Shown: positions 39,552 to 54,162, numbered from the stretch's first letter. The stretch is 64,000 nucleotides of DNA from Dendrobates tinctorius (GCF_039654945.1 NW_027361739.1:17546001-17610000), one strand, 5' to 3'. Made by a program: numbers and translations. Notes: generated by a model not told the origin, from the letters alone.

Positions 39552-40848
39552 AGTATCCCATGTCAGGGCCCCACCTTAGCAACTGTACGGTATATACTCT
39601 TTAGCGCCATCGCTCTCATTCTTTCAGTCCCCCTTGTTCACATCTGGCAGCTATCAATTTGCCTCCAACACTTTTCTTTTCACTTTTTCCCCATTATGTA
39701 GATAGGGGTAAAATTGTTTGGTGAATTGGAACACGCGGGGTTAAAATTTCGCCTCTCAACATAGCCTATGACGCTCTCGGGGTCCAGACGTGTGACTGTG
39801 CCAAATTTTGTGGCTGTAGCTGCGACGGTGCAGATGCCAATCCCGGACATACATACATACACACACACCCACATTGAGCTTTATATATTAGATTACCCTG
39901 GATGGAGGAAAGCAAGATTTACTACAAGACCAATATGTCTATTGATACCCGTGGCCTGCTGGGGTAAGTGACAGAGTCAGCAAATTTGTGCTTTGTCACA
40001 ACTCTTAACAGAATTAGTGTTCTCAAGACAACTATACTTTTAACATTGTAGCAGACAAGGCTGCTCACCACCAGACAGGCCCTTCTGGCATTGGTCAGAA
40101 TTGTCAGATGGCCAGTCCGGCCCTGACCTGTTTACATTGGAGGATATCGTACTGATAACCAAGAGTTTTATGCTGGCATAAACCATCTGAACAAGAATGC
40201 TCATCCAATGATTTCTTGCCTCTTGTTTGTTTTTCCAATAATTATCAATGGGGTCTGTTGTTTGCCACAGGGGTACTTATTAAAAAAAAAACCCTTCCAG
40301 TGCCTCATAACTCAGTATAACCATAATACACATGTGAGAAAGGAGTTCTCCTTCTTGATGAAGCTGACAGCAGACCAAGAGAGAAACTAGAATGTCACAC
40401 AGATCTGAGACGTAGTTGGTTACACTGCACCAGTGTGTAGACAGTTGCTCAAAGGTTATGTTCACTCGTGGCATTTTAGCAGCCAAAACCTTCCCTCTTA
40501 GCTGTACAAATACTACTTTTTTTGTGTGGATTACATGTGTGATTTGTCCACAGTACATGTATACGAAAATTAGTTTTATTTACCAAGAATGCAGCAAAGA
40601 AACACTGCAAACCCTCAATTGTTGCAATTTTTGCCATGTTTTTGAACTTTCTCATTCCTCTGCATAAACGCTTAGGCTGGCTGCCCATGATGAGTTTTGG
40701 TGAGTTTTCCAGCAAAGTGGATGGGATTTATAGTAATCTCCTGCCCTCTGTGCTGCTTTTTACTCAGTATAACCTCAGGTGTTTGCTTTAAATCCACAAC
40801 ATGTCAATTTCTCTTGCGGGTGCGCTGAGTTTTCTGTGCAAATTTTCC

Positions 40849-42270
40849 TGGACGGACTAAAAAGAATGAAGAAAGAGAATGAACATAGTAACTTATAGGT
40901 CCAAAGACATGGAAAGGTATTAGAGATTTCCTATGCATCTTGGATATGAAATGAGCATGAATTATATGTAGACAATTAGGAAATCATCACGGATCCCATA
41001 TAAACAGGTGTATAATATATTCCCTGAGCTTTATAGGTGGGGAATGAACATGAAATAGATGTAGATAATAGAGGAATGAACACACATCCCATAAAAAGAG
41101 CTGTATATTATATTCCCTGTGCTTGGTAGGTGGGGAATGAACATGAAATATACGTAGATAATAGAGGAATGAGCAAATATCTCATATAAACAGGTGTATA
41201 TTATATTCCCTGTGCTTGGTAGGGAGGGAATGAACATGAAATATACGTAGATAATAGAGGAATGAGCAAATATCCCATATAATCAGGTGTATATCATATT
41301 CCCTGTGCTTTATAGGTGAGGAATGAACATGAAATACATGTAGACTGTGTTGACGCGCTGCTGGTGTCACAGGGGGTTTTGCCTAGGGGGCGCTGCAGGA
41401 CAGAGGATGCAGACCAGCAGAAAGGTCGAGTAGATGCCGCAACGTGAAGTGTGAGCGGGACCGAGGCCTAGCTGGGAGCGTGGTGTCAGGAGAGACGATG
41501 GGGGCAGAGCCAGAAAGCAACTGAGAGGACGGAAGCCGGCCGAGGCTGCGGTACAGAGAGGGAGAAAACAGGACGCTGTCAGAGCCGAGACAGAGGGTCA
41601 AATGTCAGACAGGAGAGTGCGATCCAGTGGACAAGACGCAAGCATAATCACAGATGAGCCCTGGGTCAGAAGCCAAACGGGATCGTAAAACCGGAGGACA
41701 AGACCGGAGCGTAGTCAGGGGCGAGCCAAGGGGTCAGGAAACCAGAAAGGACTGATCAATACCAAAACGGAAGATGGAAGCACAAGTCAGGGAACAAACA
41801 GGGTCATACACAGTAAGGATCACACATACAGAGGAACAACGAATATAGCAGAGTAACCAGGGTCAGCTGCTCTAGCCGAGAGAACGGAAGTATCACCGAC
41901 ACCGAACCAAGGAAGTACCGTCACTAAATAGCCGCCCCTGAACCAGAGAGAGGCGAATTAAATTAACTCTGACCTAACCAGGACAAAAAAGGAACAGCCC
42001 AGTCCTGGATCGTGACATAGATTATGTAGGATATGTGTTCATTCCTCTATTATCTACACATATTTCATGTTCATTCCCCACCTATAAAGCTCAGGGAACA
42101 TAATATACACCTGTTTATATGGGATCCATGATGATTTCCTAATTGTCTACATATAATTCACGTTCATTTCATATCCAAGATGCATAAGAAATCTCTAATA
42201 CCATTCTATGTCTTTGGACCTATAAGTTACTATGTTCAATCTTTTTCTTCATTCTTTTTAGTCCATCGCA
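40849..42270. mobile_element. Foldback/Mutator-like element with ~240-bp TIRs and 93-bp internal tandem repeats
   Basis: 40851-41090 is the reverse complement of 42029-42267; flanking direct repeat (GCA)AATTTTCC. Confidence 0.7.
41346..42017 (-). mobile_element. Solo LTR (~670 bp)
   Basis: TG...CA ends (minus strand begins TGTCACG), flanks TAGAC/TAGAT, purine-skewed composition unlike the host repeat. Confidence 0.6.
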
Positions 42271-42555
42271 AATTTTCCCCATAGACTTACATTAGATGCA
42301 AGGAATCCACAGGTAAAAATTGCATGTGCTTTTAGTGCATTTTTGCAGTGGAAACACATCAAAACACATGTAATCCACACAGGACTACATCAGTAAAGGT
42401 TTATCAAAGCCAAATACCAGGAGATATCTAAAACCAAGCAGCACGACACAACAGAGAGACAAAAAAAAGCATCGATAAAAACGCATGTAAAAAAAACACA
42501 CTAAAAAAGGCAATGTAAAACTGCAAGTAATCTTATTTACATAATAGGTGCAGGA

Positions 42556-42731
42556 ATTTATTTATTTTACTCTCTTATAAAGTACCATTAATTCCACAGC
42601 GCTTTACAGACATTATCATCGCTGTCCCCGATGGGGCTCACAATTTAAATTCCCTATCAGTATGTCTTTGGAATGTGGGAGGAAACCGGAGACCCGGAGG
42701 AAACCCACGCAAACACGGGGAGAACATACAA
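42556..42731 (-). mobile_element. Partial V-SINE
   Basis: Homologous to ~29215-29385. Confidence 0.7.
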
Positions 42732-43012
42732 TCTGCCATATCAAAAACTCACCAAATTCTCATCATGGGCCTTTAAGAATTGGCATGCTGCAGAATTAAA
42801 AACGCTGCAGAGGTCAAATTCAGTCAGTGTGCATGACATTTCTGAAATCTCCGCTTTTGCTGGTACTGTAAAATAATGTTTCTATTCATTGATGAGCAAC
42901 TATTTGACCCTAATAAATTTACATCTGTAGCTTTTTATTGATCCAAGTTTTAGTGTTCTAGGTGGCAGTCAGACAGCTGTAATAAGCTCATTTCTGCCAT
43001 TTGGGATAAGTA

Positions 43013-43438
43013 AGGCTAGTTTCACATTAGCGTTTACGGCCGCCGCTAAGCCCCGCCCCCTGCCGCGTCTCCATCGGTAGCTCCGCCTACGGACGCATGA
43101 CGCTGCATGCGTCCCCTATCTTTAGCACTGAGGACACAGGCCGTGCGCAGTATGCGTTTGGCGGCGCATGCGTCCTTTTGACGCTGCGCCGACCAGCGCC
43201 AAATGCTACAGGTTGCAATTTGGTGTGCTCGGCGCAGCGTCAAAAGGACGCATGCGCCGCCAAACGCATACTGCGCACGGCCTGCGTCCCCAGTGCTAAA
43301 GATAGGGGACGCAGGACGCATGCAGCGTCATGCGTCCGTAGGCGGAGCTATCGGTGGAGGCTCGGCAGGGGGCGGGGCTTAGCGGCGGCCGTGCGCAGCC
43401 CGACGCTGCAGCCGTAAGCGCTAATGTGAAACTAGCCT
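43013..43438. mobile_element. GC-rich palindromic MITE
   Basis: AGGCTAGTTTCACATTAGCG / CGCTAATGTGAAACTAGCCT termini; nearly the whole element is self-complementary. Confidence 0.85.
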
Positions 43439-44039
43439 TATACCACTGGCCAATCATAGCTACAAAAATGGCCATCATTTTCCTCTTCAAAGTATTTTAG
43501 CATATTTATCTTCTATTGTCCTAGCAAGTCCCGTGTTACATGTAATAAAATCTAATGAATGATACCTCCTTGTATATTACTGATTGTTGGTCCGACATAA
43601 TCATAATTGTCAACAGTCCCCGGCAAGGGTCGAATTTCCCATAAGGCCAATCTAGGCCATGGCCTAGGGCATAGTAGTTAGGGGGGGAGCGCATATACAG
43701 AAATAATAACTGAATTTTTACAGATTTTTCAGTATTATTTTGAAAAGGCCACATGAAGTGCTGTTTTTCAAATTCACATCCATGTACATTAAATAGAGCG
43801 GTACATTTTACGTTGCCCATCTCTACAGCTTGCGCTTCCTCAGTCACTGACAAAAAGCATTTGGTATTTCTCTCACACTCAGCGTAAACCCCGTGCTATA
43901 GGAAAATTCCAGATTTGGCGTTATAATAGTGATGCATTACGCTCATATTGCTTGACTACTACATGTCTACTGATTAGGGGCTGGCAAATTTTAGCCTATG
44001 GGGAAAACACACACTGGTCTGCAAAAAAAAAAAAAGCCC

Positions 44040-46673
44040 CAGAAAATGACATTGCATGATTGTTACATAATTAATTTGCATTTTATTGCATGAAATAAGT
44101 ATTTAATAGAAAAACAGAACTTAATATTTGGTACAGAAATCTTTGTTAGTAATTACAGAGGTTAGATGTTTCCTGTAGCTCTTGACCAAGTTTGCATACA
44201 CTACAGCAGGGATTTTGGCCCACTCCTCCATACAGATCTTCTCCAGATCGCTCAGGTTTCGGGGCTGTCGCTGGGGAACATTGAGTTTCAGCTCTCTTCA
44301 AAAATGTTCTATTGGGTTCAGGTCTGGAGACTGGCTAGGCCACTCCAAAACCTTGAAATGCTTCTTACAGAGCCACTCCTTAGTTGCCCTGGCTGTGTGT
44401 TTCGAGTCATTGTCATGCTGGAAGACCCAGCCACGACCCATCTTCAAGGCTCTTAGGCCTGTTTCACAGTTCAGTTTTTTGTCTTCTGTTGAAATCCGCC
44501 AAAGATTAAAAAAACGGATCCGTTTCCGTTTTGTAGCAAACGGATGTCACCGGATCATTTTTTGGACGGATCCGCTGAAGTTGCAAAGGTCAGAAAATGT
44601 AAAGGAACAGCGGTGTGTGTGTGAGAGAGATTTTTGAAGTTTATGCCACTTCCAGAATGCTGTTGAGGGTTAAAATGCCTAGCAGACCATCAGTCAAAAT
44701 TTGCCGCTAATGCAAGTCTATGGGGGAAAAAACGGATCCTTTTTTTTATAAAAATGGCGGATTTTGACTGACGTCAAAAAACTGAAGTGTGAAACAGGCC
44801 TTACTGAAGGAGCGAGGTTGTTGGCCAAAATCTCTCCATATATGACCTCATGCATTCTCCCTTCAATACGGTGCAGTCGTCCTGTCCTCTTTGCAGAAAA
44901 GCACTCCCAAAGTTAGTTTCCCCCATCATGCTTCATGGATGGGACAGTGTTCTTGGGGTTGTACTCATTCTTCTTCCTCCAAATTTGGTGAGTGGAGTTG
45001 ATACCAAATTTATTTTGGTGTCATCTGAGCACATGACCTTCTCACATGCCCCGTCTGGATCATCCAGATGGTCATTGGCCAACTTCAAAAGGGGCCTAGA
45101 TATGTGCTAGCATGAGCTTGGGGACCTTGTGTGCCCTGCAGGATTTTAATCCATGATGGCGTAGTGTATTTCTAAAGGCCCCATCTCACATTGCGAGATA
45201 GCTAATGTGTCACCGATTTTGTGGAGCAACAGCGATCTCGCTACATGTGACACACAGCAGCGACGAGCCCCCCTGCTGGATATCGCTGATTGTGCAGGAA
45301 TGTTAGTCGTCGACGTCCCGCTGGCCAGCATGCATCGGTTTGATTACCGGATAGTTGCTGTGTCGCTGAAGAGATCTGCCTGTTTGGCAGCTTACTAGCG
45401 ATCCTTACCAGGTCGTATCGTTTTCGGGATCGCTGGTGCATCGCTAAGTGAAACGGGACCCTAACAGTAATGTTTGAGATTGTGGCCCCAGTTCTCTTCA
45501 GGTAATTGATTAGGTCCTCCCGTGTAGTTCTGGGCTGATCCCAGACCTTTCTTAGAATCATCCGTACCCCACGAGGCGAGATCTTGTATGGAGCCGCAAA
45601 CCGAGGAAGATTAACAGTCATCTTATGTTTCTTCCATTTTCTAATAATTGTGGCATCAATTGTTGCCTTCTCACCAAGATGCTTGCTATTGACCTGTAGC
45701 CCATCCCAGCCTTGTGCAGGTCTATAATTTTGTCCCTGGTATTCTTAGACAGCTCTTTGGTTTGGGCCATGGTGGAGAGATTGGCGTGTAATTGATTGTG
45801 TGTACAGGTGTCTTTTATAGGTAACAAGTTCAAACAGGTGCAATTAATACAGGTAATGGGTGCAGAGTAGTAGGGCTTCTTAAAGAAAACTTAGGGTGTT
45901 TCCACATTCAGTATTTGCTGCGGATTGGATGTTGCGTACAGCCGCAGCAGCCAGATGATACAGCTTAGTGGAAGGGATTTTATGAAATCCCATCTCTACT
46001 ATGCGTTCAAAGACGCAGGCAGCAGACCTGCTTATACACACATGCGGCGCGTCTTTCTAGACCGCAGCATTGTCTATCTTGCAGAGACGCTCAGTCTCCG
46101 CAAGATAAATATCACCGTCTATGTATAGGATGCAGTGAATCCACATGGTTCAATGAATACATGTGGAATCACGGCGCGTACAAACGCCGGCAGTCCTTTG
46201 GACAGAGCTGCGTCCAAAGCGCTGCCGATACGGACCGTGGAAACACACCCTAAGGCCTCTTTCACACATCAGTATTTATGATCAGTATTTCATCAGTATT
46301 TGTATGCCAAAACCAGGAGTGTCTCCAAAATAACAGGAGTCAGACTTTCAATTATATTTTTTTTCTCGGTAAGTTCCATTCCTGGCTTTGGCATACAAAC
46401 ACTGATGCAAAATACTGACGTGTGAATGAGCCTTAACAGGTCTGTGAGAGCCAGAATTCTTTCTGGTTGGTAGGTGATATAATTAAATTGCAATTTATTG
46501 CATGAAATAAGTATGTAAAAATCATACAAATGTGATTTTCTGTTTTTTATTCTTTATATATAGGTACACTTCACCTGTGAGAGAGACAATAAAAATTACA
46601 GACCTCTCCATTCTTTGTAGGTAGGGAAACTTGAAAAATCACCAGTGTATCAAATACCTATTCTCCCACGGTA
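44040..46673 (-). mobile_element. Degraded Tc1 transposon interrupted by at least four MITEs
   Basis: [25 protein letters not shown] at ~45771 (minus); C-terminal remnant ~44120; Tc1-like terminus CAAATACCTATTCTCCCACGGTA; MITEs at ~44452-44803, 45173-45462, 45891-46253 and 46251-46435. Confidence 0.8.
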
Positions 46674-46691
46674 TGAGTGGTGGCTAATCCT

Positions 46692-47174
46692 TAGGCCTCT
46701 TTCACACTTCAGCTTTTTACAGTCACAATCCGCCAGGTTTTGAAAAAAACGGATCCTCAATTTTCCTTTGAGGATCCGTTTTTTTTTTCCCCATTGACTT
46801 CCATTACTGGCGGATTGTGACGGATTGCCGTCCGTTGCATCCGTATTTTTTGCGGATCCGCCAAAAGTTGCTGTCCCGTCACCATCCTCAGATTTGAAAA
46901 CGGAGCTTGCAATGTTTTTTTTTCTGGCGGATCCTCCAGACACTAATTTAACCCGAAATTCTTTCTGGGTGCCGGGCAAAAATAAAAAAAAATTCTCTTT
47001 CTTTCTCTCTCTCCTTTTCCCGGCCAGCATTTCCTTTAAATTTCCTCATTTTCAGGATCCGTCTGAAAACGGATCCTGTGCCATCCGTTCACATCAGTTC
47101 AGAACGGATCCGCTTGTCTGCCTTTTTGGCGGATTTGAACTGATGCAAAAAAACTGAAGTGTGAAAGAGGCCTT
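46692..47174. mobile_element. T2/Kolobok-like MITE
   Basis: AGGCCTCTTTCACACTTCAG / CTGAAGTGTGAAAGAGGCCT TIRs. Confidence 0.8.
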
Positions 47175-49387
47175 AGACTTAACGCACACATCATTCGGCG
47201 TGTGTAGTGCGCTTTTGACGTACAGCTTCGAAGAATCCATCTCTTAAAACCAAACTTAAATTGTCTTCTTTACAGCCATACCGTAATGCATTACACACAA
47301 ATGCTCCAAGACCCCGGCCTCAACTGCCTTACGTTACAATGACATTCCCCCCAGTGTGCAGAGTCAGTGTAAGATGGTGATACAGAAATTACAATAATCT
47401 ACAACCCGCTTTACACAACAATGAATTTCTCCATCTGAAAGCTCACATAACTGATTGCACATTGGGACTTAAAAGCCCTCAGCACTTTGCAAGTGGCTAC
47501 GAGGAAAAGCACTACAAACACTCCAACCAAATGTTGACATTTTATTAAGCAGGTTTGTCTGCATGCCAGTGACTAATTCTCAGCTGAAAATGCTTTTTCC
47601 TTCTCTGAAAAGGATCAAGGCTCATTTAAGATCTATGATGCAGCAAAATATGCCGAGTGACCTCGCACTTCTATGCAATGGAGCAGATTTAACAAGAAGC
47701 CTTTTCATGAAGAAAGAAGTTCTAGTAGGTATTTAAGACATGTGAAGAAATTTGATGGAAAGTTTATTGTGAAATTGCATAACATTTACATCTACAAGTA
47801 GTGTACGTCTGAAATAAAAATGTGGTTCCAAGAGTCTATTGAGTGTATTAAATGCTTACTAGTGATTAGCGAACATGCTCGGATAAGGTGTTATTCCAAG
47901 GTGATCACCGAGTGTCTTCAGCGTGCTCAAAAAATATGTTCGCGTCCCCACAGCTGCATGTCTCATGGCCGATCGACAGTCGCAGCACGTAGAGGGATTT
48001 CCTAACAAACAGACAACCCCTGCATGTGTTGCAGCTGTCGAACCGCGAGACATACTGGTGCACGGACTCAAAACATAATTTTCGAGCACGCCAAAGTCAC
48101 TCGGTTAGCATCCAAGGGTGCTCCAATAACACCTTACTCAATCCGAGTACCCTCGCTCATCATTAGTGCTTTTGTATTTCAAAAATAATTTTAAAATTAT
48201 AAATCAACTTTTTGAAGTGGGGTGCAGAATTAGGTACGTTGGAGCTAGGGCGCAGAAATGTGTAAATCTGGCACTCGTCCAAGAAAGACTTCTTGGTGGC
48301 CAATGTCCACCTCTCCAGATCTCAGCTTGAGGATGTTGTATTTGGCACCAGGGAGTAAGGACTGCAAGGACGAGGACAGGCAACTATCTGCAGTTTGTTC
48401 TGGTCGGTCAATAAAATTAAAACCGTGAACGTGAGCACAAACGCCGAAGTGCTGAAAAATGAACATATTTCACCGTTTGATGTTCTAACAAAGATTTAGG
48501 ATGGCACAACATTGCCACAAACGAGTATATGCCTTAACATTGAGGGGTTACCTGCAAATTTGTGCCTTTGTCTCTTCAGGTGGGCATGGCTGCACTGCCG
48601 CAAAGTGTGAATACAGTCTTGAGTGCCAGATATTGTTAGCACGTTAAGATTACAACACTCAGCTGAAATACAGATCCAAGCCACAGGATGGAGCTGTGCA
48701 CAGCCAGGAGACGAGTCAAATCTTCTACAGATTTATTAAATAGAACCTGTCAGCGGATTCATGTTTCCTGAAATCATGTGCAGCATGAATCAGACACTGG
48801 TTGTGTTATTTTAGCAGTGTTTTACACACACACACACACACACACACACGACAGACCGGTCAGTGATTGGGAGCGAGGCAGGGAGAAGCCCCTGGGGACC
48901 GGCCTCAAACTAGTAGTCTTAGATGTAAGGTCCACAGATGGCTTTTTCAGGTTCTCTCTAAAAGGCTGCAAAAATGGAGCTGGTGTAAAAATTCATACCG
49001 CACAGACCATGGGCAGCACCAATCAGCTGACAGGTTCTTTATTTAATAGGGAGTCAGACCTGGGGTCTGTTTTTCAGGGTCCTGGTCTGGGTTTGTTATT
49101 TACTTAGAGGGTCTACTCTTGCATCTATTTACCAAGAGGACCGAGCTGCTCATTTACTTAGGGAGTTAGTTTGTCTTTAGGAGTCAATACTCATTTTAGG
49201 ATTTGATTAAAAGGGATAGTCTGTCTCTGCATCGGGAGGCGGTGGGACCTGTGGTCTCACGTTTACAAATATCTGCAGGATCACAAGCGGCACGTACCGA
49301 ATGAAATCCAGGCAGAGAGCTGTAGATGTGACGTCACCAGGCCTCTCACCATCCAATGCAGAAGTGAATGGAGCTGAAGCCGCTTTC

Positions 49388-50135
49388 AAGGCCACGTTCA
49401 GTATTTTACCTCAGTATTTGTAAGCCAAAACCAGGAGTGGGTGATAAATCCAGAAGTGGTAAAGTGTTCCTATTATATTTTCCTCTGATTAAGCCAAAAC
49501 CAGGAGAGGAACAATCAGAGGAAAAGCATAATATAAACACATCACCACTTCTGTATTTTGGCTACAATTACTGAGGTAAAATAGTGACCAAATAAGGCCT
49601 CTTTCACACATCAGTTTTTTGCCTTCAGGCGCGATCCGGCTTTTTTTGGAAAAAACGGATCCGGCAAAATGCAATGCCGGATCCGTTTTTTCCCCATTGA
49701 CTTGCATTAGCGCCGGATCGTGCCGGATGGCATTGCGTTTCATCCGTTTTTTGCCGGATCCGGCAACTTGTCTCATTCCGGCGTCTTGAAAAAACGTCTA
49801 CTGTAACGTTTTTTGTCTCCGGCGAAAAAGCCGGAAGCGCCGGATCCGGCGCTTCCAGCTTTTTGCTACAATGAAAGTCTATGGGCGCCGGAATGCGCCG
49901 GATCCAGAAAAAGACGGATCCAGCCACCGGATCCGGTTTTTTTAAGTCTGCGCATGCTCAGATCCAATTGGCCAGCCTCCAGGAACAGAGACGGATCCAG
50001 CAAAAAAACGGATCCGTTTCTACAGTTCTCCAAAATTTATGCCGGATCCGTTTTTTCTAAAAAAAAGCCGGATCATGCCTGACGGCAAAAAACTGATGTG
50101 TGAAAGTAGCCTTAGGCTTGTGTGAACGTGGCCGA
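49388..50135. mobile_element. Nested MITEs (inner ~49594-50113, GGATCC-rich)
   Basis: Outer AGGCCACGTTCA / TGAACGTGGCC; inner TTTCACACATCAG / CTGATGTGTGAAAG. Confidence 0.7.
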
Positions 50136-52883
50136 AGAGGATTAATCAAATGCACAGGGATGCTGTAAGGATTCCCATAACAGACTGTGGGCCGTGGAGC
50201 ACCACTGAAAATATTTTGTGCCGTCTGCCCCTCCAACAATCCCAGTCAGTTTGGAATTCTGGTCCAATATGGAGGCTTTTTACCTGGTCAAAAGCCCAGC
50301 AACTTGTTAAATCATGATCTATTTCGTGTCCTTCAACACCTCCTCGCCATTTTGAGCCCAATAAAAGACAGACACATTTCTGCTCCGTTTCCAGCTTTTA
50401 CTGGCATTTGCTCATCGACATCACATACACAAGGTTAATATAAAAATAAACTCAGGAGTGCTCGTCGTACAAAACATTTTTCTGTTTAACCCTTATAGTC
50501 TGTACAGGTAAGGCCATGTTACATTACTCACACACAAGCAAACACAATATGGTGTCATTTTCCTAAACCAGTGGTCCCAAACCTGTGACTAAATAGCGGT
50601 TGTGAAATTACAACTCCCAGTATTCCCCCACAGCCTGCAACTGTCAGGAGAGTTGTAGTTTCACAACAGCTTCAAGGCTACTGGTTAGGCAACACTGATT
50701 AAAACAGTACGTTACTATTTGGCCTAAGAAAAAGGCTTGTGCTGACAAATTCCTTCAAATAACTTTAAACTAGACATAATGGGCCTTGTCTATAAAAACT
50801 GCCTCATAAAATGTGATATAACCTTGTTGCCTATAGTAGCCAATCAGCGGCTGCTTAATGCCCTGTGAAAATGAAAGCCGTGCGCTGATTGGTTGTTACA
50901 GCCAGCAAGGCTGCATGTCCGCAAGGGTCAGTTTTGTCACATCAGGCAGCCATTTTGTCTCATCACATATTATGATCCCTATCACAGAGGTAGACACAAA
51001 ATGGCTGCCAGGCAGGCCACATGTTAAAATATATAATATTACAGCAGAAATTTTTTTGTACACCAATTTGCGGGAACTGTCATTACCATACTAGTTACTA
51101 AAAACTGAGCCTGATAATGGTTGTTAGAAATTAAAGTACAAGTGAAGACTAAAAATGCAATTTTGGGAAATTCCTCCGAATCTGCCAGCATTGGCTGGAC
51201 CCATATATAATTTTTCTTTTTTTGCCCTTATTTTTCTTTTGTCTGGAACCGCAGATGTTCCGTTAGTCAATATTAATAAGCAAAACATTATTGCTGGTGT
51301 TTCGCCAATGAGCGACGGTCCTATTACGGAGCTGTGTTATATAAATTTTATATATATATATATATAAAATTGTAGTAAATCAAAGGGGTTTTCACTACTT
51401 AAAAATTTAAAATTTGAGTTGAGTAAAATAACTTCCAGGACTCTGGCCCCATCATGAGTGTCACACGCCACAATGATGGAGTAGTACCGGGGATGATAGG
51501 TAGGTGGTTTGCAGGACCCTGGTCCAATCATGAGTGCCTCACACTGAAGGATGTTCGCAGCGATCGTTTAATTCACAAAAACTGCTTCTTGCAATTGTAG
51601 GATTATAGGGCTCTAACATTGGTAGGGATTTTATCGGTCGTACCTTCAAAATATATGTTTTTGACTGGAAAACCCCTTTAAATACAGGCTCAAATTCCAA
51701 TACAAAGGAAAACACGACTGTCATTGGAAATTTTCTGTTATTTCAAAGAGGGAGAAAATACCAATTTAGTAATTAGTATGAAATAATAATAAAGTCTGTG
51801 TCTGAGACCGGTTTCTTTAAATTTTAACCCTTCCATTACAACTACCACCGTTTCCTTTGTGCAATAAAGTAGACAATTTACTAAGTAGTACGTTCATAAG
51901 CTTTTCCTTTAGAAAAAAAAAAAAAAAAAAAAAAAAAGGTTCACATTCCCACACTTTTACATAACCTATCAAATAAAATTCAAGTAAAATATTTTCTTTC
52001 ATAGATCAGCACAAAGTTCCCACATTCGCGTTTGGCGCGTGTAGTCAAATCAGCGCAATGACAGGCTGAGGTAAATGCACGGAATCGCTGGTCATCTGGA
52101 AAACATGGCTGCCAGTCACTGATAGAGCTGGTGGTCAGATATTGGGGTGGGAAATTCAGAATATACTAGTGCAAGTTACTGGTTTCTCTGGGTGACACCA
52201 CCAGAATTATTTGCACAGCTCCTTACAAATATGGCTGCTGTATAAAGGAACAATTGGCCATAATTGGAAGCCAGGATCATACGGTGACTTCTAAATACAG
52301 ATAATACTCCGGGAATTCGGTCCTGGGCAATAACTAATTTCTACAAGTAGATGGATTCCCAGATATAGCAGAGCCAAGATTGTCATTTACCTTGAAACTG
52401 CTACAAATTGTTGTGATAAATGACAAACCCAACTCTGCTACATGTACATTGGTCACTGGTTCATCACCTGTTCTGTCATGTATGACGTACATGTATCTAT
52501 GATGGCAGAAACATTCTCAGAGCGGTATTATAGAGCACTGGGACCTCTGCCATGTAAGACTGTGGGCGCTAGAGATATGGATGTGAGAGGTGCTGGTGTA
52601 ACATGACCCTTGGTCCGACAGTGGCCATGAAGCGGGTACGATAACGTCACAACTGTGCAGACACTAGAAAATGGGTTTATTGGGATGTGGCCATGCTACA
52701 GTTATGTCATTCCACAGCCTGGTCCCCGGCTTTAACTTGTTCCCATGTTGCTGACATTTCTCTCCAAGCTTCAATTTGAAAAAAATCCTACTTCATAAAG
52801 ATACATTCTTAAATAAGAATAAATAGATTATGTGCACGGAGAGACGCTGCAGCCTTTCCAGTATAACACCTAATGATGATGGA

Positions 52884-53078
<195 letters not shown>

Positions 53079-53733
53079 TCAGACTGTCATTAGCAAATAC
53101 GTCCAATTAGAAATTTAGTATAGTTTTTCTGACTCGCTATGTCTCTTTCCTCATGCGCAGGCATTGCATGACCTAAGGTGTCCATGGTTAGGACCACTAA
53201 CAACTGTCCCTATATTTGTGTTCGTAACCTTGGATACCGGCACATGACATAGAAAATCAGAAGAACTATACTACATTTTTAATTGGAGGAATTTCCTAAT
53301 ATTATTACTACATATTGGGATAGGATCTTGGAGATGGGAATGGGGTTAAGCTATGTTTACTATGGAACGTCATTTATCTGAAAGGAAACTTTAATACCAC
53401 ATTTTTCACTGCCAATAAAGCTAATGGAATATCTGTTTGGCTACAGATATTTGAATGTCAGCTGTCTGAGATTCAGTTCCAATGTGCGAATTGAAATCTT
53501 ACAGCTGGCGCTAGCTATATGGCAAATTTGAATGCAACAGAGTTCGTACGGCCAGCTATCACCATGTGCCGCTGGCACATCACAGCATAGTGCAGGTGAA
53601 TAGGCTCGGGATTACAATCATTTAGGTACCCCCCCAAAAAAAAAAAAAGAAAAAAAAAGCAATTAAAAAAAAAAAAAAAAAAACTAGATTTTTGAGCCTT
53701 GCTAGTGCAAAGTGACCTCATTCACATCCATTA

Positions 53734-54048
<315 letters not shown>

Positions 54049-54162
54049 CTACAACTCCCAGCATGCGGGTAGGTCGTTAGCAAAAAGGTCATCTTCCCTA
54101 AAGTTTTCCGATCAGTGTGCCCCCCTGACACGCACCAATATTACCGCTCGGGGCAGCACTCA

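Larger units (their letters stand above)
32862..39892 (-). mobile_element. Non-autonomous Helitron (~1.6 kb excluding the LTR insert)
   Basis: Minus strand reads A|TCTAATATATAAAGC..., subterminal hairpin GCCCAGGCAACGCCGGGC, then CTAG|T; no TSD. Confidence 0.82.
32763..40125. mobile_element. hAT-type MITE hosting the Helitron/LTR nest
   Basis: TIRs CAGGTACGGACTGG / CCAGTCCGGCCCTG; identical 8-bp TSD ACCTGTTT at 32755-32762 and 40126-40133. Confidence 0.8.
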
